DNA from: Trichoplax adhaerens
Taxonomy: Eukaryota; Animalia; Placozoa
Assembly (NCBI RefSeq): GCF_000150275.1
Contig: NW_002060947.1
Location: 6,215,648-6,279,647, forward strand
DNA: 64,000 nt
Direction of reading: 5' to 3'
Part shown: in pieces, positions 12,379 through 24,434 of the stretch
Layout of the letters: the number at the start of each line of letters is the position of its first letter
Numbering within the stretch: position 1 is the first letter of the stretch
The notes under the pieces: model-generated
Databases searched by the model: none
Seen by the model: only the letters and a program-made list of their open reading frames with translations
What the model was told of the DNA's origin: nothing
Translations under genes and position numbers: made by a program

Positions 12379-15084
12379 ATGGTCTCTTTCTCAGTAATTA
12401 ACAGTCTGCTGTCTCGACGTGCGGTTAAATATTCCTCTTCAATCGTACTTCGACGCCCATATTGGTTATCGTCTAAATTATATTATTCTATACAAGTCGA
12501 AAATCGAGTTCAAGATAAGCTAGTATCGGTAAAGTGGGATGATGGTAAAATTACAGATTATCCTCATGTTTATCTTCGCGATAATTGTCGATGTCCGTCT
12601 TGTTTCGATCCTCAAGCGCAACAACGTATCATCTCGAATCCTATCTATCATAACTACGCTAATGCAACAGTAAAGACAGCTTGTATGAACGAGAATAAGG
12701 ATAAATTACATCTAGAATGGATAAACGACGGCGAGCATACGTCTAGTGTGTTTGAATTAGATTGGTTAAAAGCTCATCGATTTACTGGGGATGACGAAAA
12801 GGATGTACATCCAATTAAAAGACAGTTATGGGGTAGCGAAATACAACACGACATACCGCAATTTGATTTCGATCGGGTCTTAAATGATAAATCAGAATTG
12901 TATGGATGGCTACGATGTGTAATGGAAAGGGGTATTGCGCTAATAGTCGGCTTACCTAAAAGAGTCGGTCAAGTAGGGAAAGTTGCAGCAAAAATAGGTC
13001 ATCTTCGCGAGACGATTTATGGGTAAGAATAAATAAATCAGCGTTATCAATATACGGTAGTATAAAAATGGCTGAGAGAAGATTCCGTACACTTCTATAC
13101 GCTGTGTTATTATAAAGTTTATATTTACTGTGTTACAGATAACACGCTATTTTTTCACTTTAATGCTCAGCATATGTTCGTAGTTCATAATATAGTCATC
13201 TGTATATGCGCATTATATAGCATTTGATCAATTACTAAACCGTATCATTCTGATCTTTAGACCTACTTTCCATAGCCAAAGTAAAGGTGATCATGTAACA
13301 ACTGTTACCTACAAGAGCGGGGGTCTGGCATTGCATACTGATTTTCCCTATTACAACAACATTCCTGGGGTAATTATAAATTATGAAAAATTCTTACCTT
13401 GTATCTGCCTTGATAATTGAAATACAGATACGATGGCAATTTCTTTACATTCCATATCGATACTAGTAAATTACTCGTTCAAATGAACGGAAACATACGT
13501 ATATCTGTACAAAGTCATACATTAGAAGAAAATTCATAGCTGGATTTTCTTACTATACAGTATATGCTTCCAAGATAGAGCTATTTTTTAATTTATAACT
13601 ATAGTATATCTGCTAGAGACAGATTTTAGCATGATTTAAAAAAGCGCTAAAAACAGAGAGTATGCGAAAATCTAGATGTAATTGTACTTAATAAATCAAA
13701 TATTCTTGAGAATTATTTTATAGTATTTACATATAGTAACGTAGCTTAAGCGATATCGTATTTCTCGCTAGTTTTACAGACGATAGAGATTTAGCGTATT
13801 AGTAGCTACAACGCTCTATGAGTAAGACATATTTGCTATCCATAGTAGTTAAAATACAACTTTAAAAACTGCTACTTTAAAGTTAATATTTCAGCTATTG
13901 TCCACGTTACGGTAATGTTAATTAACTTACATTAACGAGAATATTTCGTTGCCTATGCTAGAAAAAAATGTATTCATATCCGCATACAGCGTATTACTTT
14001 GTGCCCTTGTAGCTTTGATCGAATATCGAATTCTATGTATAAGGCGATGTCATAAAGACTAATATTTTATTTATACTTGCAAGATAAAATCATGTGGTTA
14101 CTATTTTAGAATTGAATTACTACGTGACTGTACTCATAATTAATGAAAAGAGTTAAAATCAGTTTTGTAACTTCTGAATCGACACCTAACTTAGTTATAG
14201 ATTATCTGAAGATAATTGATTAATTTACTTATATCTCACTGGCATTAACTAGCTTTTTATTGATTGTATGAATTAGATATTCATGCTGCATTGTGTAACA
14301 GCAGCTAAGCAAGGAGGCGAGAGCCAATTTACGGACGGATTTAAAGCTGCTGAGCAATTGAGGGCCAGTCATCCTCAATATTTTAAAATATTAGCGGAAA
14401 CTCCTGTTGAGCACGAAGATACTGGCACTGACTCTTATGAATTTAGTCTAACGGCTGAACATCCAATTATTCGGTAATTGCAATATGTAACAATAACTAC
14501 GATATAAGTAAAGATGGTAATTATCGAATCTATTAGATAAATAATTTACAAGTTTAAAATTAAGATCTTTTAGTAACGGTTTAAAACTGAAGCTATTTGA
14601 TATATCACAAAGTATGTTTCACTCTTAAATCAGATTTAGTCAGCTAATAGTATTACAAAGCTGATCTATTCTGCTTCGGTTCTCTAAAACAATCAATAAT
14701 ACTTCACAACAGTAACCTTATAAATCTATGTAAACATATAGATTAAATGAAAATGGAAATCTTAAACAAATTTACTATGGCGATCATACACGAACTTCAA
14801 GAATAGATGTGCCTCATTATAAATTGACAGACTTTTATAATGCTATGACGCAATTTTTAAGATATGCTTACAGTCCGGCTAATATTATACAATTTAAGCT
14901 GCAACCTGGAACCTTGATTTCTGTCGATAATTTTCGTGTTTTGCATGGTAGAACGGCTTTTGTTGTGTCTCCAGATAATTTTAGACATGTTGAAGGTGGA
15001 CACGTTGATTGGGATGGAGCAATATCTTGTATGAGAGTACTAGAGAAAGAACTTAACATAGATTATAGAACTCCTAACATTTAG
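12379..15084 (+). CDS. BBOX1: BBOX-like type B copy 2, intact; exons 12379-13022, 13261-13369, 14277-14473, 14742-15084 (430 aa)
   Basis: In-frame GT-AG exons at the same positions as type A; LRDNCRCPSC, HTD, LHGR, EGGHVDWD. Confidence 0.92.
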
Positions 15085-16684
15085 TTTGTTAGTTTTAATA
15101 GCTAGAATAGTGTGTTGCTTGGGAAACAATAACTCTATATGGATTTTAATTTAAAAGTGTAAGATTATGTCTGATTTCATTTGCATCTAAAACTTTCATA
15201 CTCTGGGGTAATCAAGTATATTTTATAGATCAGAAGTAGATTTTTATTAAAATTTTTATCTGGTTTAACTTGATGCATACGTTAAATTTCCACTACTAAA
15301 GACGCTAATCAGCTCAACGGCATCCGTTATTTGCCAACACCAATAGTTAAACGATTGGTATAATTTCTAAGTTATATACGTATATTTATTAATGCTACTA
15401 GATTTACCAGATTTTTCTATCGAAGTATGTAACGCATTTTTGTTATAATAGCAAATGATATTTGAAAATAAATTTACTAATTAATAGTAATTTCGATGTC
15501 AGTAAGCAATGTCTACTTTTTTCTATCGTTCGTTCACCATGTCAGGTTTGTTGAATACTTCTATACGATTTGGTAATATACGACTGACTTTGATGATAAT
15601 TCATGATTAATAAATTATATAAACTGGATCGATTAATTACATAATGCTCCTATGCTAAGTTCGTAGTTAATTCTAATCTAAAAATGAATCGAAACGATTT
15701 CTATACTTTAATTAAGGGCTTCTTTTATTTAGTATACAATTAATACGTCGGATACCTAAGAATTAGACAATTATCGCTGCGGCATTAACCAGAAAATTAT
15801 AGAAAGAAAAATTGACTTAATAATTATTTAAGAATGGCATGATAGATTAGAATTTGGCCAATCTGTAAGAAGGCTTGTCACATTCTGTAATAGTTACATA
15901 ATTAGTATGTTACCTTCTTTCTATATATGGTTAAATATCACGATGTTATCACGTCATGCGTATATAGATGTAGTTATGGTACACAATAAAGAAAGTACAT
16001 AAACTCTTTAATTTAACAATAAAGCTAGTTTTTCAACTTAATTACTGGGTCTCCTTGCTGAGTACAGATCTAGTACTTGTTACAAAATTTGGAAGTTGTA
16101 ACAAGACTATAACATGATATCCTTATTTCGCGTATTAACAATTAAGTATCAGTAAATTCTAACATGCGCATACCGAAAGTTGGAAGTTCTGGTACACTTT
16201 TATTATATCTATGACATTATTTATATCCATAAACTTTATTTGGTGAATAAGTAGCATAAATACTGCGTGTGTTAAGAATTTGATGCGGAGATTTATTAAC
16301 CTCTAATGTAGAGCTTAGAATATTATTAAAAATTGTGTGCAAAATGTATTAATCTAATTAAGTAATTAAACCTACTAATTGAAGAAATTTTGAAACTTTA
16401 AAACTTTGTAATAGTCATATAGAAAATAAATTCAAAATGAATGTAATATTGTTACGAATCGCAAGCACCCTCTATTACCATGCTGTATGATTATATCTAT
16501 CTATGATCAGTTGCTATACGCCGCTAGTTCTTTTACATATCATTATTTCGAAAAAGTTACTTCGTAAAAAGCATTTAGTATAAGTAACTGTGATTACTTT
16601 TGCTATAACGTGTTTACGTATAAATAAGAATAAGCCGTCGGATCATCGACCATGATAACATTTGTATAATCTAAACACTACATT

Positions 16685-17167
16685 TATTTTTCAAGTCAGT
16701 AACATGGCTTACTTGGGTAAAACTTTTACCATGCCATGCCGATATTGTTCATCAAATTATTGTTCTAATCTGGACTACTCTTCAACAATTTCACAATTGT
16801 TACATCGTACATGACAATGTAGAAAAAATATTGGAAGATCACTATTTCTCAGCAACTATTAAATGTCATTAAATCGCAATTACAAGTCATTAAATAAAGC
16901 CAAATAATGATACCCATCTGTCTATTACATGAAATACCAATAGTAAAATTAAGAACACTGTACGCCTTTATTCGACAATATCTTATTTAAAACGAGTTTA
17001 TAATTTAGTTTCATTCTGTGCTCAATTAACCTTCTATATCTAATTTAAACCCTGAATACGCATCCCAATTAGCACTGACGTCAAAATTACATTTAGTGCC
17101 AATTGAATTTGTCATCAGCTGCTGAATTTTAATAAAGAAGTGCTGCTTGCTTTCTACGCTGAGTTAC
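16685..17167 (-). repeat. Inverted copy of 6850-7240
   Basis: Reverse-complement similarity across several blocks. Confidence 0.8.
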
Positions 17168-18582
17168 TGACTATCTCAATTAGCAAGGAAGGTATTAATG
17201 ATAGATAAGTTATCTATGCTGTGCACATTTATCCTATGGTGTGTCCGGTGATGTAATTATGAATTATTATTTAATTAATGCTTTATTAAAATAAAATTGT
17301 AATAAATTGTTTTCATTTCGCTACCCCATAAGTGTTTTGTAATTGGATTGAATTCAATGTCAGCACAAGCGATGGATAGATAAGCTTTTAGCTGATTTAA
17401 TTGAAAATTATGTTATCCAAGTTATAAATTTGTAGGTAGCTGTATATTTAAAAACGTTTACAACATAATTCATATTAATTCTGGGTTTTCTGACACTATT
17501 GCAAGCAAAGCGAATGCTATAACTTCTTTTAATGTTTTTATTTCAAATTTTCTAATAAAACTTTCCAACTTTTCGTTGGTCGTAAGACTGATAAGATAAT
17601 CAAAACATAATATAATATCCGTAATTTGATATTATCTTAAAAATCGCTATATTCTCTCTTACAACAATCAATACTTTACTGTCTCAGGCTGAGATATGCC
17701 GTCAGACGTTTCTCTCCCAACTTAATTCGACACCCATACGGGCTATCTCCTAAGTTACGTATGTTATTACATACAAGTCAAAAATCGAGCTCGAGATAAA
17801 TTGATTTGCAACACGGAACGACGGCAAAACTACAAATTATCACATATCTAACTTCGCGATAATTTCGTTATCAATCTTATTTCGATCCTCAAATTCGACA
17901 TTGTTCTATCTCTAATAATGTGGATCATGGTTATGCTAAAGCAACAATGAAGACAGACCGAGTAGATGAAAAAAGAGTGAATTATTCCTAGAATAGGTAA
18001 ATGATGGCAAATATACAACTAGTAACTTTTAATTAGATTGCTTAAAGGCTCATCGATCAGTCTCCAATAAAAATGATCTTGAAGTCAATCCCATAACGAA
18101 ATAGCTGTAGTCTTGAGATGCTAAACAATATGCCATAATTTGATTTTATCAAAACATTACATTAATTGATAACTCAGAATTGTGTCGATGGGGGTGAATT
18201 ATGTCAGAGGATGTCAGTCAACTAGCGAGATTTTCAAAACGGATTGCAATATTTTTATGACGTTTTTCAGGTAAATAACGCTAGAATAATATCATTTGCG
18301 ATTAATTAATTAGTATTGCTAGTTCAAAGTGAATAATGATAGATTTACGATTGTCCTGAAAGTAAAATATCAAGTCTAAATATTCAATTAACAATAGCGG
18401 TATACTGGTACTTAAACATAAGTAAGTATGCGTATTAATTGATTAACCGACACAGTACTCATTGCGTTTATAGTATATCGTTTTAAGTGATACTAAAAGT
18501 GACAATGTTACAACTATAGCCTACAAAAGTAGAGGATTAGCTATGCGTACTGATCTAGTGTATTATAATCTAGTGATATTAT

Positions 18583-18748
18583 GTTAACATTCTAGGCTAC
18601 TAACACATAGCTATTAATAATTATTATCATGTTCCTTCAACTAGTAATATCGATATAAATATTGAATTAACATTCTAGGGTACCAACACATTGCTATTAG
18701 TAATTACTATCATGTTTCTTCAACTAGTAATATCGATGTAAATATTGA
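18583..18748. repeat. Tandem duplication, about 83-bp unit x2
   Basis: ttaacattctagg...caactagtaatatcgat(a/g)taaatattga occurs twice. Confidence 0.9.
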
Positions 18749-18975
18749 GTATATATATAACATATATATATGGGAGATATTTCTTGGCTAGAAAGTTAGT
18801 TAGAGCTTAGAATTAGATTCGTGTGTTGTATTATTTTCTTGTTTTAGACTAGCTTGCGCGAGCCTACAATATCTAAACTCTAATAAAGCAGACTTTTTCT
18901 TTACTCATTTAGTCTAACTTTATTGTGAGTTACAGCAGTAGAACAGAATAAGATATAATCGACGTTATTATACAC
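18749..18975 (+). mobile_element. LTR-like insertion of about 227 bp flanked by ATTGA direct repeats
   Basis: ATTGA at 18744-48 and 18976-80; TATA-rich start and AATAAA near 18882; absent from the homologous intron 2 of the intact type-A gene. Confidence 0.5.
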
Positions 18976-21168
18976 ATTGATACAATTAGGATTTCATATG
19001 TTATCAGAGCTGTTTACTAGAGTCGTTTTTGATCTTAGTATATTGTATATTTACGAAACAATAAATTGTTATAGTAAAACTTGAATACCCAGTTAAGTAA
19101 TCTTTAGGCACTGATTTAAACAATAATTTCAACGCCATATTTATTAGTTAAACTACTTCCGCAAATATACAATCCTTAAATGGTGTAAACTTACCATAGC
19201 AAATAAGACATTTAATGAAAATTTAAATAGATTTGAAATCTAAATGTATCATTGCATGTGAAAATCGAGAGGTTGTAGTTAATCCTTCTATACTACAGGT
19301 CTTTCATATAGTGGTAGAAATATTTAGATTCCCGTGTCTTTGTATAACGTACTGACACTACATGCACTGTAAGATACCCTAGTATTATTGCAAATTTTAC
19401 TAGTGAGATATTATCAATTACCTTTAACATTAGTGCTAAGGTCTTCCTGTTTATCAAAATGCCACTATTAACTAGAATTAATTTTTGTAGTATCACGCCT
19501 GAGTCGATACTATCATGGACTTTATAAATTAGATGGTTTTGCAACATTGTATAAGGGCAGCCAAAGAAAAAAGTGTAAGTTAATAAACCAACGGGTTTAA
19601 GACTGCTGAACAATTAAGAACCAGTCATTCTAAATATCACAAAATATCCTATTCAATATGGCGATACAGGAAGAGATGTCAGTCATTTCGATTTCTATCT
19701 TATAGCTTATCATTCTGAAGTTAGATATTAACAACATATATTTGGTTACTAAATTACTACGATAGTTTGTCTATACTATATAGTTTATGGGCTAAAGTAC
19801 GTAAATCAAGATAACTGATTGTTCAAGTTAATTAACTTTTAATGAATTGAATGCGTAACATAATCAATTCCGTCGATTCTCAAGTATCTATCATCATGAA
19901 TTTTCATATGTAGAGTGAATAAAATTTTTCTGTATACATTAACTCTGAATTAATTTTCTTTACAAGAGCGTAATGTTTGTCTTGCTTACTCCGCATTACT
20001 TGTGGTAAAACGAAATTCTAATTTCTTTGTCAGTGATTGTAGTGCATGAGTTCTTAACTTGATACATAACTGCATTGATTAGCTGAAATCACTACAGTGA
20101 TTTTGTTGTTGATTATACTTCGCTTAACATCTTAGCTTTCGATAGTTACCGTTGCTGATTTTTTTCAATAAGTAAACGATAATTTATAAACGGTGACGAT
20201 TAACGAATAATGTCTATTATTTACAGTAACACCACTCGAATGGCTACAGTATTGGCGTGTTCTAGTAGGAAGAAAATCTTTAAAAATGAGACCTATAGTA
20301 CTTACCATAATATTATGATGTGGTCAGACATTTTACTCTACTTAATGTATTCGATATAGTGAATGGATTTATAATTCCTAAGTTTCACAACCAGCCAGTT
20401 CAAAAATTGAGTTATTAATACAGTGTAAATCCCTATTAGAACAAATACACCGTTTCATCATAGCAGCCATCATCTACAGATACTCTATTAAGTGCAGCAG
20501 ACTTACTCTACAGTAAATCACATAGCGCTTTGCTTTATGTTACTATTTCCTTTTCAAAGCACATTACTATTTTTATTAATTGAAATTACTAGAAATAATA
20601 TGAATAGTGAGTATTTGCACCCTATAGAAAATCCGTAATCTAATATAACTACTAATATTAATAAAATATATATAAGCAAACGTATTAGTTAATAAAAGTA
20701 AGAATAGCGATAACAGAGCCCGATTCAGTTGGGTACCCATGTAGAAATACATCACATAATATATTGGCGACAATGCTCGGCTAAGTGTGTATGGTCAGCT
20801 AGTATGAACGCATATCTGTACTATGCCAACTGCTTTAATTAAGCATATACAATATATTATGTTTATAATTGTGATACTTAATTATATTGTTTACGAATCA
20901 CGTTGCATCTAATTATGTATTGTAGCTATAGTCTTTACAAACAATAATTTACTTTGTGGATAAGCAACATAATTCATGACAACCATTACAATCCCACTTT
21001 TTCTGTAAATCATTAAAAACACGGACGTCAAGTAAAAGTCGTTCTTCTATATTTTACTTTTCGCTATCAGTTAGTCTCGTCAACATTCTAACTCTTCGTT
21101 TATTACAAGATTAATAGTTGTATCGAGTACTCGCACTTCGATATCAAAGATTAACGTAAGTAATTATC

Positions 21169-22908
21169 ATGGTCTCTTTCTCAGTAATTAACAGTCTGCT
21201 GTCTCGACGTGCGGTTAAATATTCCTCTTCAATCGTACTTCGACGCCCATATTGGTTATCGTCTAAATTATATTATTCTATACAAGTCGAAAATCGAGTT
21301 CAAGATAAGCTAGTATCGGTAAAGTGGGATGATGGTAAAATTACAGATTATCCTCATGTTTATCTTCGCGATAATTGTCGATGTCCGTCTTGTTTCGATC
21401 CTCAAGCGCAACAACGTATCATCTCGAATCCTATCTATCATAACTACGCTAATGCAACAGTAAAGACAGCTTGTATGAACGAGAATAAGGATAAATTACA
21501 TCTAGAATGGATAAACGACGGCGAGCATACGTCTAGTGTGTTTGAATTAGATTGGTTAAAAGCTCATCGATTTACTGGGGATGACGAAAAGGATGTACAT
21601 CCAATTAAAAGACAGTTATGGGGTAGCGAAATACAACACGACATACCGCAATTCGATTTTGATCGGATCTTAAATGATAAATCAGAATTGTATGGATGGC
21701 TACGATGTGTAATGGAAAGGGGTATTGCGTTAATAGTCGGCTTACCTAAAAGAGTCGGTCAAGTAGAGAAAGTTGCAGCAAAAATAGGTCATCTTCGCGA
21801 AACGGTTTATGGGTAGGAATGAATACAACTAGCGTTATCTATATAGTATAAAATTGACAAAAGAAGATTCTGTTTACTTCTATACGCTGTATTATTATAA
21901 AATTCGCATTTGCTGTGTTACAAATAGCATGCTATTTTTCATTTTAATGCTCAACACATTTTCGTAGTTCATAATATAGCTACCTACTTATACGTAATAC
22001 GTAATACGTATGTATTTAATAAATTACTAAACCGTATCATTCTAATCTTTAGATACACCTTTCATAACCAAAGTAAAGGTGACCAAGCAACAACTCTTGC
22101 CTATAGAAGCGGGGGGCTAGCATTGCATACTGATTATACCTATTACGACAACATTCCTGGGGTAACCATAATTTATAAAGAATTCTTACTTTTTGCCTGC
22201 CTTGATAATACGAATGTGAATATTAGTTTCTCTACATTCTTTATCAATATTACGCTAGAATTATTCTTGAATCAATAAACTTATCTGTAAGAGACAGATT
22301 TGAGCAAGATTTATTAGAGTGGGTACAGTAGAAAATACACGAAAATTTAAAGGTATTTGTGTTTAAATCAAGTAATAGCGAAACTTGACCTAAGCGATAT
22401 CACATTCCACGCCTATGTTAGAAAAAAAATTATTGATATTCGCATACAGGCATTATTTAGTGCCTTTGCAGAATTGATCTGACATCGTACTCTGTATATG
22501 TGATGGCGTCATAATGACTGATATTTTATTTACGCTTTCAAGATAAAATCACGTAAAAATCATGTAATAACTAATTAAGAATTGAACTACTAAGTGACTA
22601 TACTCTTAATTAGAAAAGGAATTAATATCAGCTTCCTAACTTGTAAATCGACTTATAGCTTAGTTATTGATTAATTACTGATAGGTATATCGACTAACTT
22701 GTATCTTGCTAGCGTTAACTAGCTATTTATTGATTTGTATGAAATAGATATTCATGCTCCATTGTATAACAGCAGCTAATGAAGGAGGCGAGAGCCAATT
22801 TACGGATGGATTTAAAGGCTGTTGAGCAATTGAGGGCCAGCCATCCTAAATATTTTAAAACGTTGACAGAATTTTCTGTTCATCACAAAGATATTGGTAC
22901 TGACTCTA
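21169..22908 (+). CDS. BBOX-like type B copy 3, partial; exons 21169-21812, 22053-22161, 22748-gap; +1 frameshift near 22817
   Basis: Exon 1 near-identical to copy 2; exon 2 has HTD; exon 3 has an extra G (tttaaaGgctgttgag) about 90 nt before the N run. Confidence 0.75.
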
Positions 22909-24251
22909 NNNNNNNNNNNNNNNNNNNNNNNNNNNNNNNNNNNNNNNNNNNNNNNNNNTTCGGTATTTTTTTAATTTATAAATCAATTTGCGATAGCAGA
23001 TGTTCTAATTACACAGAAAAAATAGGTATCGCTAGTATTCGGAAGATATCGGATCGTTTAAACGTCATTATATCATATGCACGTATGCATCATTATTAGT
23101 GGTTTAAAGTATATTAAAAATCTACGATAGTATAATAGAGACGAATGCAGCCTTATCTGATCCTTGACCTATACATATTCATGGTCAAGTTATTGGAAAA
23201 ATAATAAAAATATAATTATGCTGTATTAATTGCATTTACCTAGCTATAATAGAATTAGCATTAGATAGATAGTAGGGAGACAGATAAAATGCAATTTATT
23301 AATGATAATTATATATGTATAATTGGCAATTACGGTATACAAGATCGGTTAATTACTAATAGGAAGATATTCACTTAATATAACTTATTACAACTCCTTG
23401 CATCCTCGACTAGTTTATACTTCATTTTTGATTTAACGTATCAGTATTCTGAAAACAATGGCTTACTCCGTAATTTCATTGTAAAATAAAATTTGAGCTA
23501 ATTATGACCAAGGCGATCAGTGACTATTATTCTCACTTTCATTGATAGGGATCTAGCTTAGGTATTATAGAAATTGTACTTTAATTCCTTTACCCAACTA
23601 ATATTCACACTAGCAGTAATAGATGACGAAAATAACACTAACTGTAGGTTTACTAAAAGAATTCCACGATTCGTGAGTTATGTGAACGATCAGCATGGTT
23701 TTTACTATGTAGAAATAAGGAAAAATATTGATGTGGTAACGCCTCTACTTCTGTATCGTATACTGTATTCTACCCTTTGGTACTACTTCATAGCGAATGA
23801 TAATATCCTTTCACGGATAGCTTTTGATATTCGAATAGCTATTACCTTTATGATGGTACGAACCTGTGATATGGTTGTATATTCATTTACTGACTCTAAT
23901 TGCAATTTGAGTAATAGACACAGGGAGATTTTTGCTATGCCATATTAGAAGCGCTGGAACACAAAAATTACGGATGAAACAGCAGCGTACGGTAATCGTC
24001 TTCACAATAAATGGTATGGTGGAATGATGAATGTTTATTAATAATTAGATTTATTCCTGATAAATGACATCAATTCGCTACCATATGTTTATGATGAAAC
24101 TTGGTTTAAATCGTATAAATTGGTAATATTATCTTTATGCAGGTTAATTGCGCCAAAAAAAGTCGCCATTTATATATATATATATGTTACGGCCAACATA
24201 TATATTTACGCTTTACAACGTCAATTGTCACCCCCTTCTTTTCAACTTAGC

Positions 24252-24281
24252 ACTGTAACTGCTGTACAGTACAGTACATAC
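24252..24281. promoter_or_regulatory. Short TACAGTA array about 160 bp upstream of BBOX-like type C
   Basis: actgtaactgctgtacagtacagtacatac. Confidence 0.5.
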
Positions 24282-24434
24282 TTTCAGGGGCTGACAATTG
24301 GGTTTGTAAAGGGTGTTGTTGTGTATATAAATACGCATGAGCTATCACGTTTAATAACATTAGCTGAGAATTTTCATTTTATCTATTCGTTATACGTTAA
24401 AGCTGCCACTACAGTCGATTCTACGGAAGTAACA

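Larger units (their letters stand above)
17643..19726 (+). pseudogene. Type-A BBOX-like pseudogene, exons 1-3 decayed
   Basis: Exon-1-like sequence at 17.64-18.27 kb has a lost ATG, frameshifts and stops (e.g. ctagaaTAGgta for LEWI); exon-2-like at about 18475-18600; exon-3-like at about 19535-19726. Confidence 0.88.

Noticed and set aside
23574-24040. 124-aa ORF and its continuation past a TAG
   Set aside because: Non-ATG start and no recognisable family; cannot be supported.
24120-24434. 105-aa N-terminal extension of BBOX type C in the ORF track
   Set aside because: It starts at TTG and runs through TA repeats and the promoter array; the ATG at 24435 matches paralog length.
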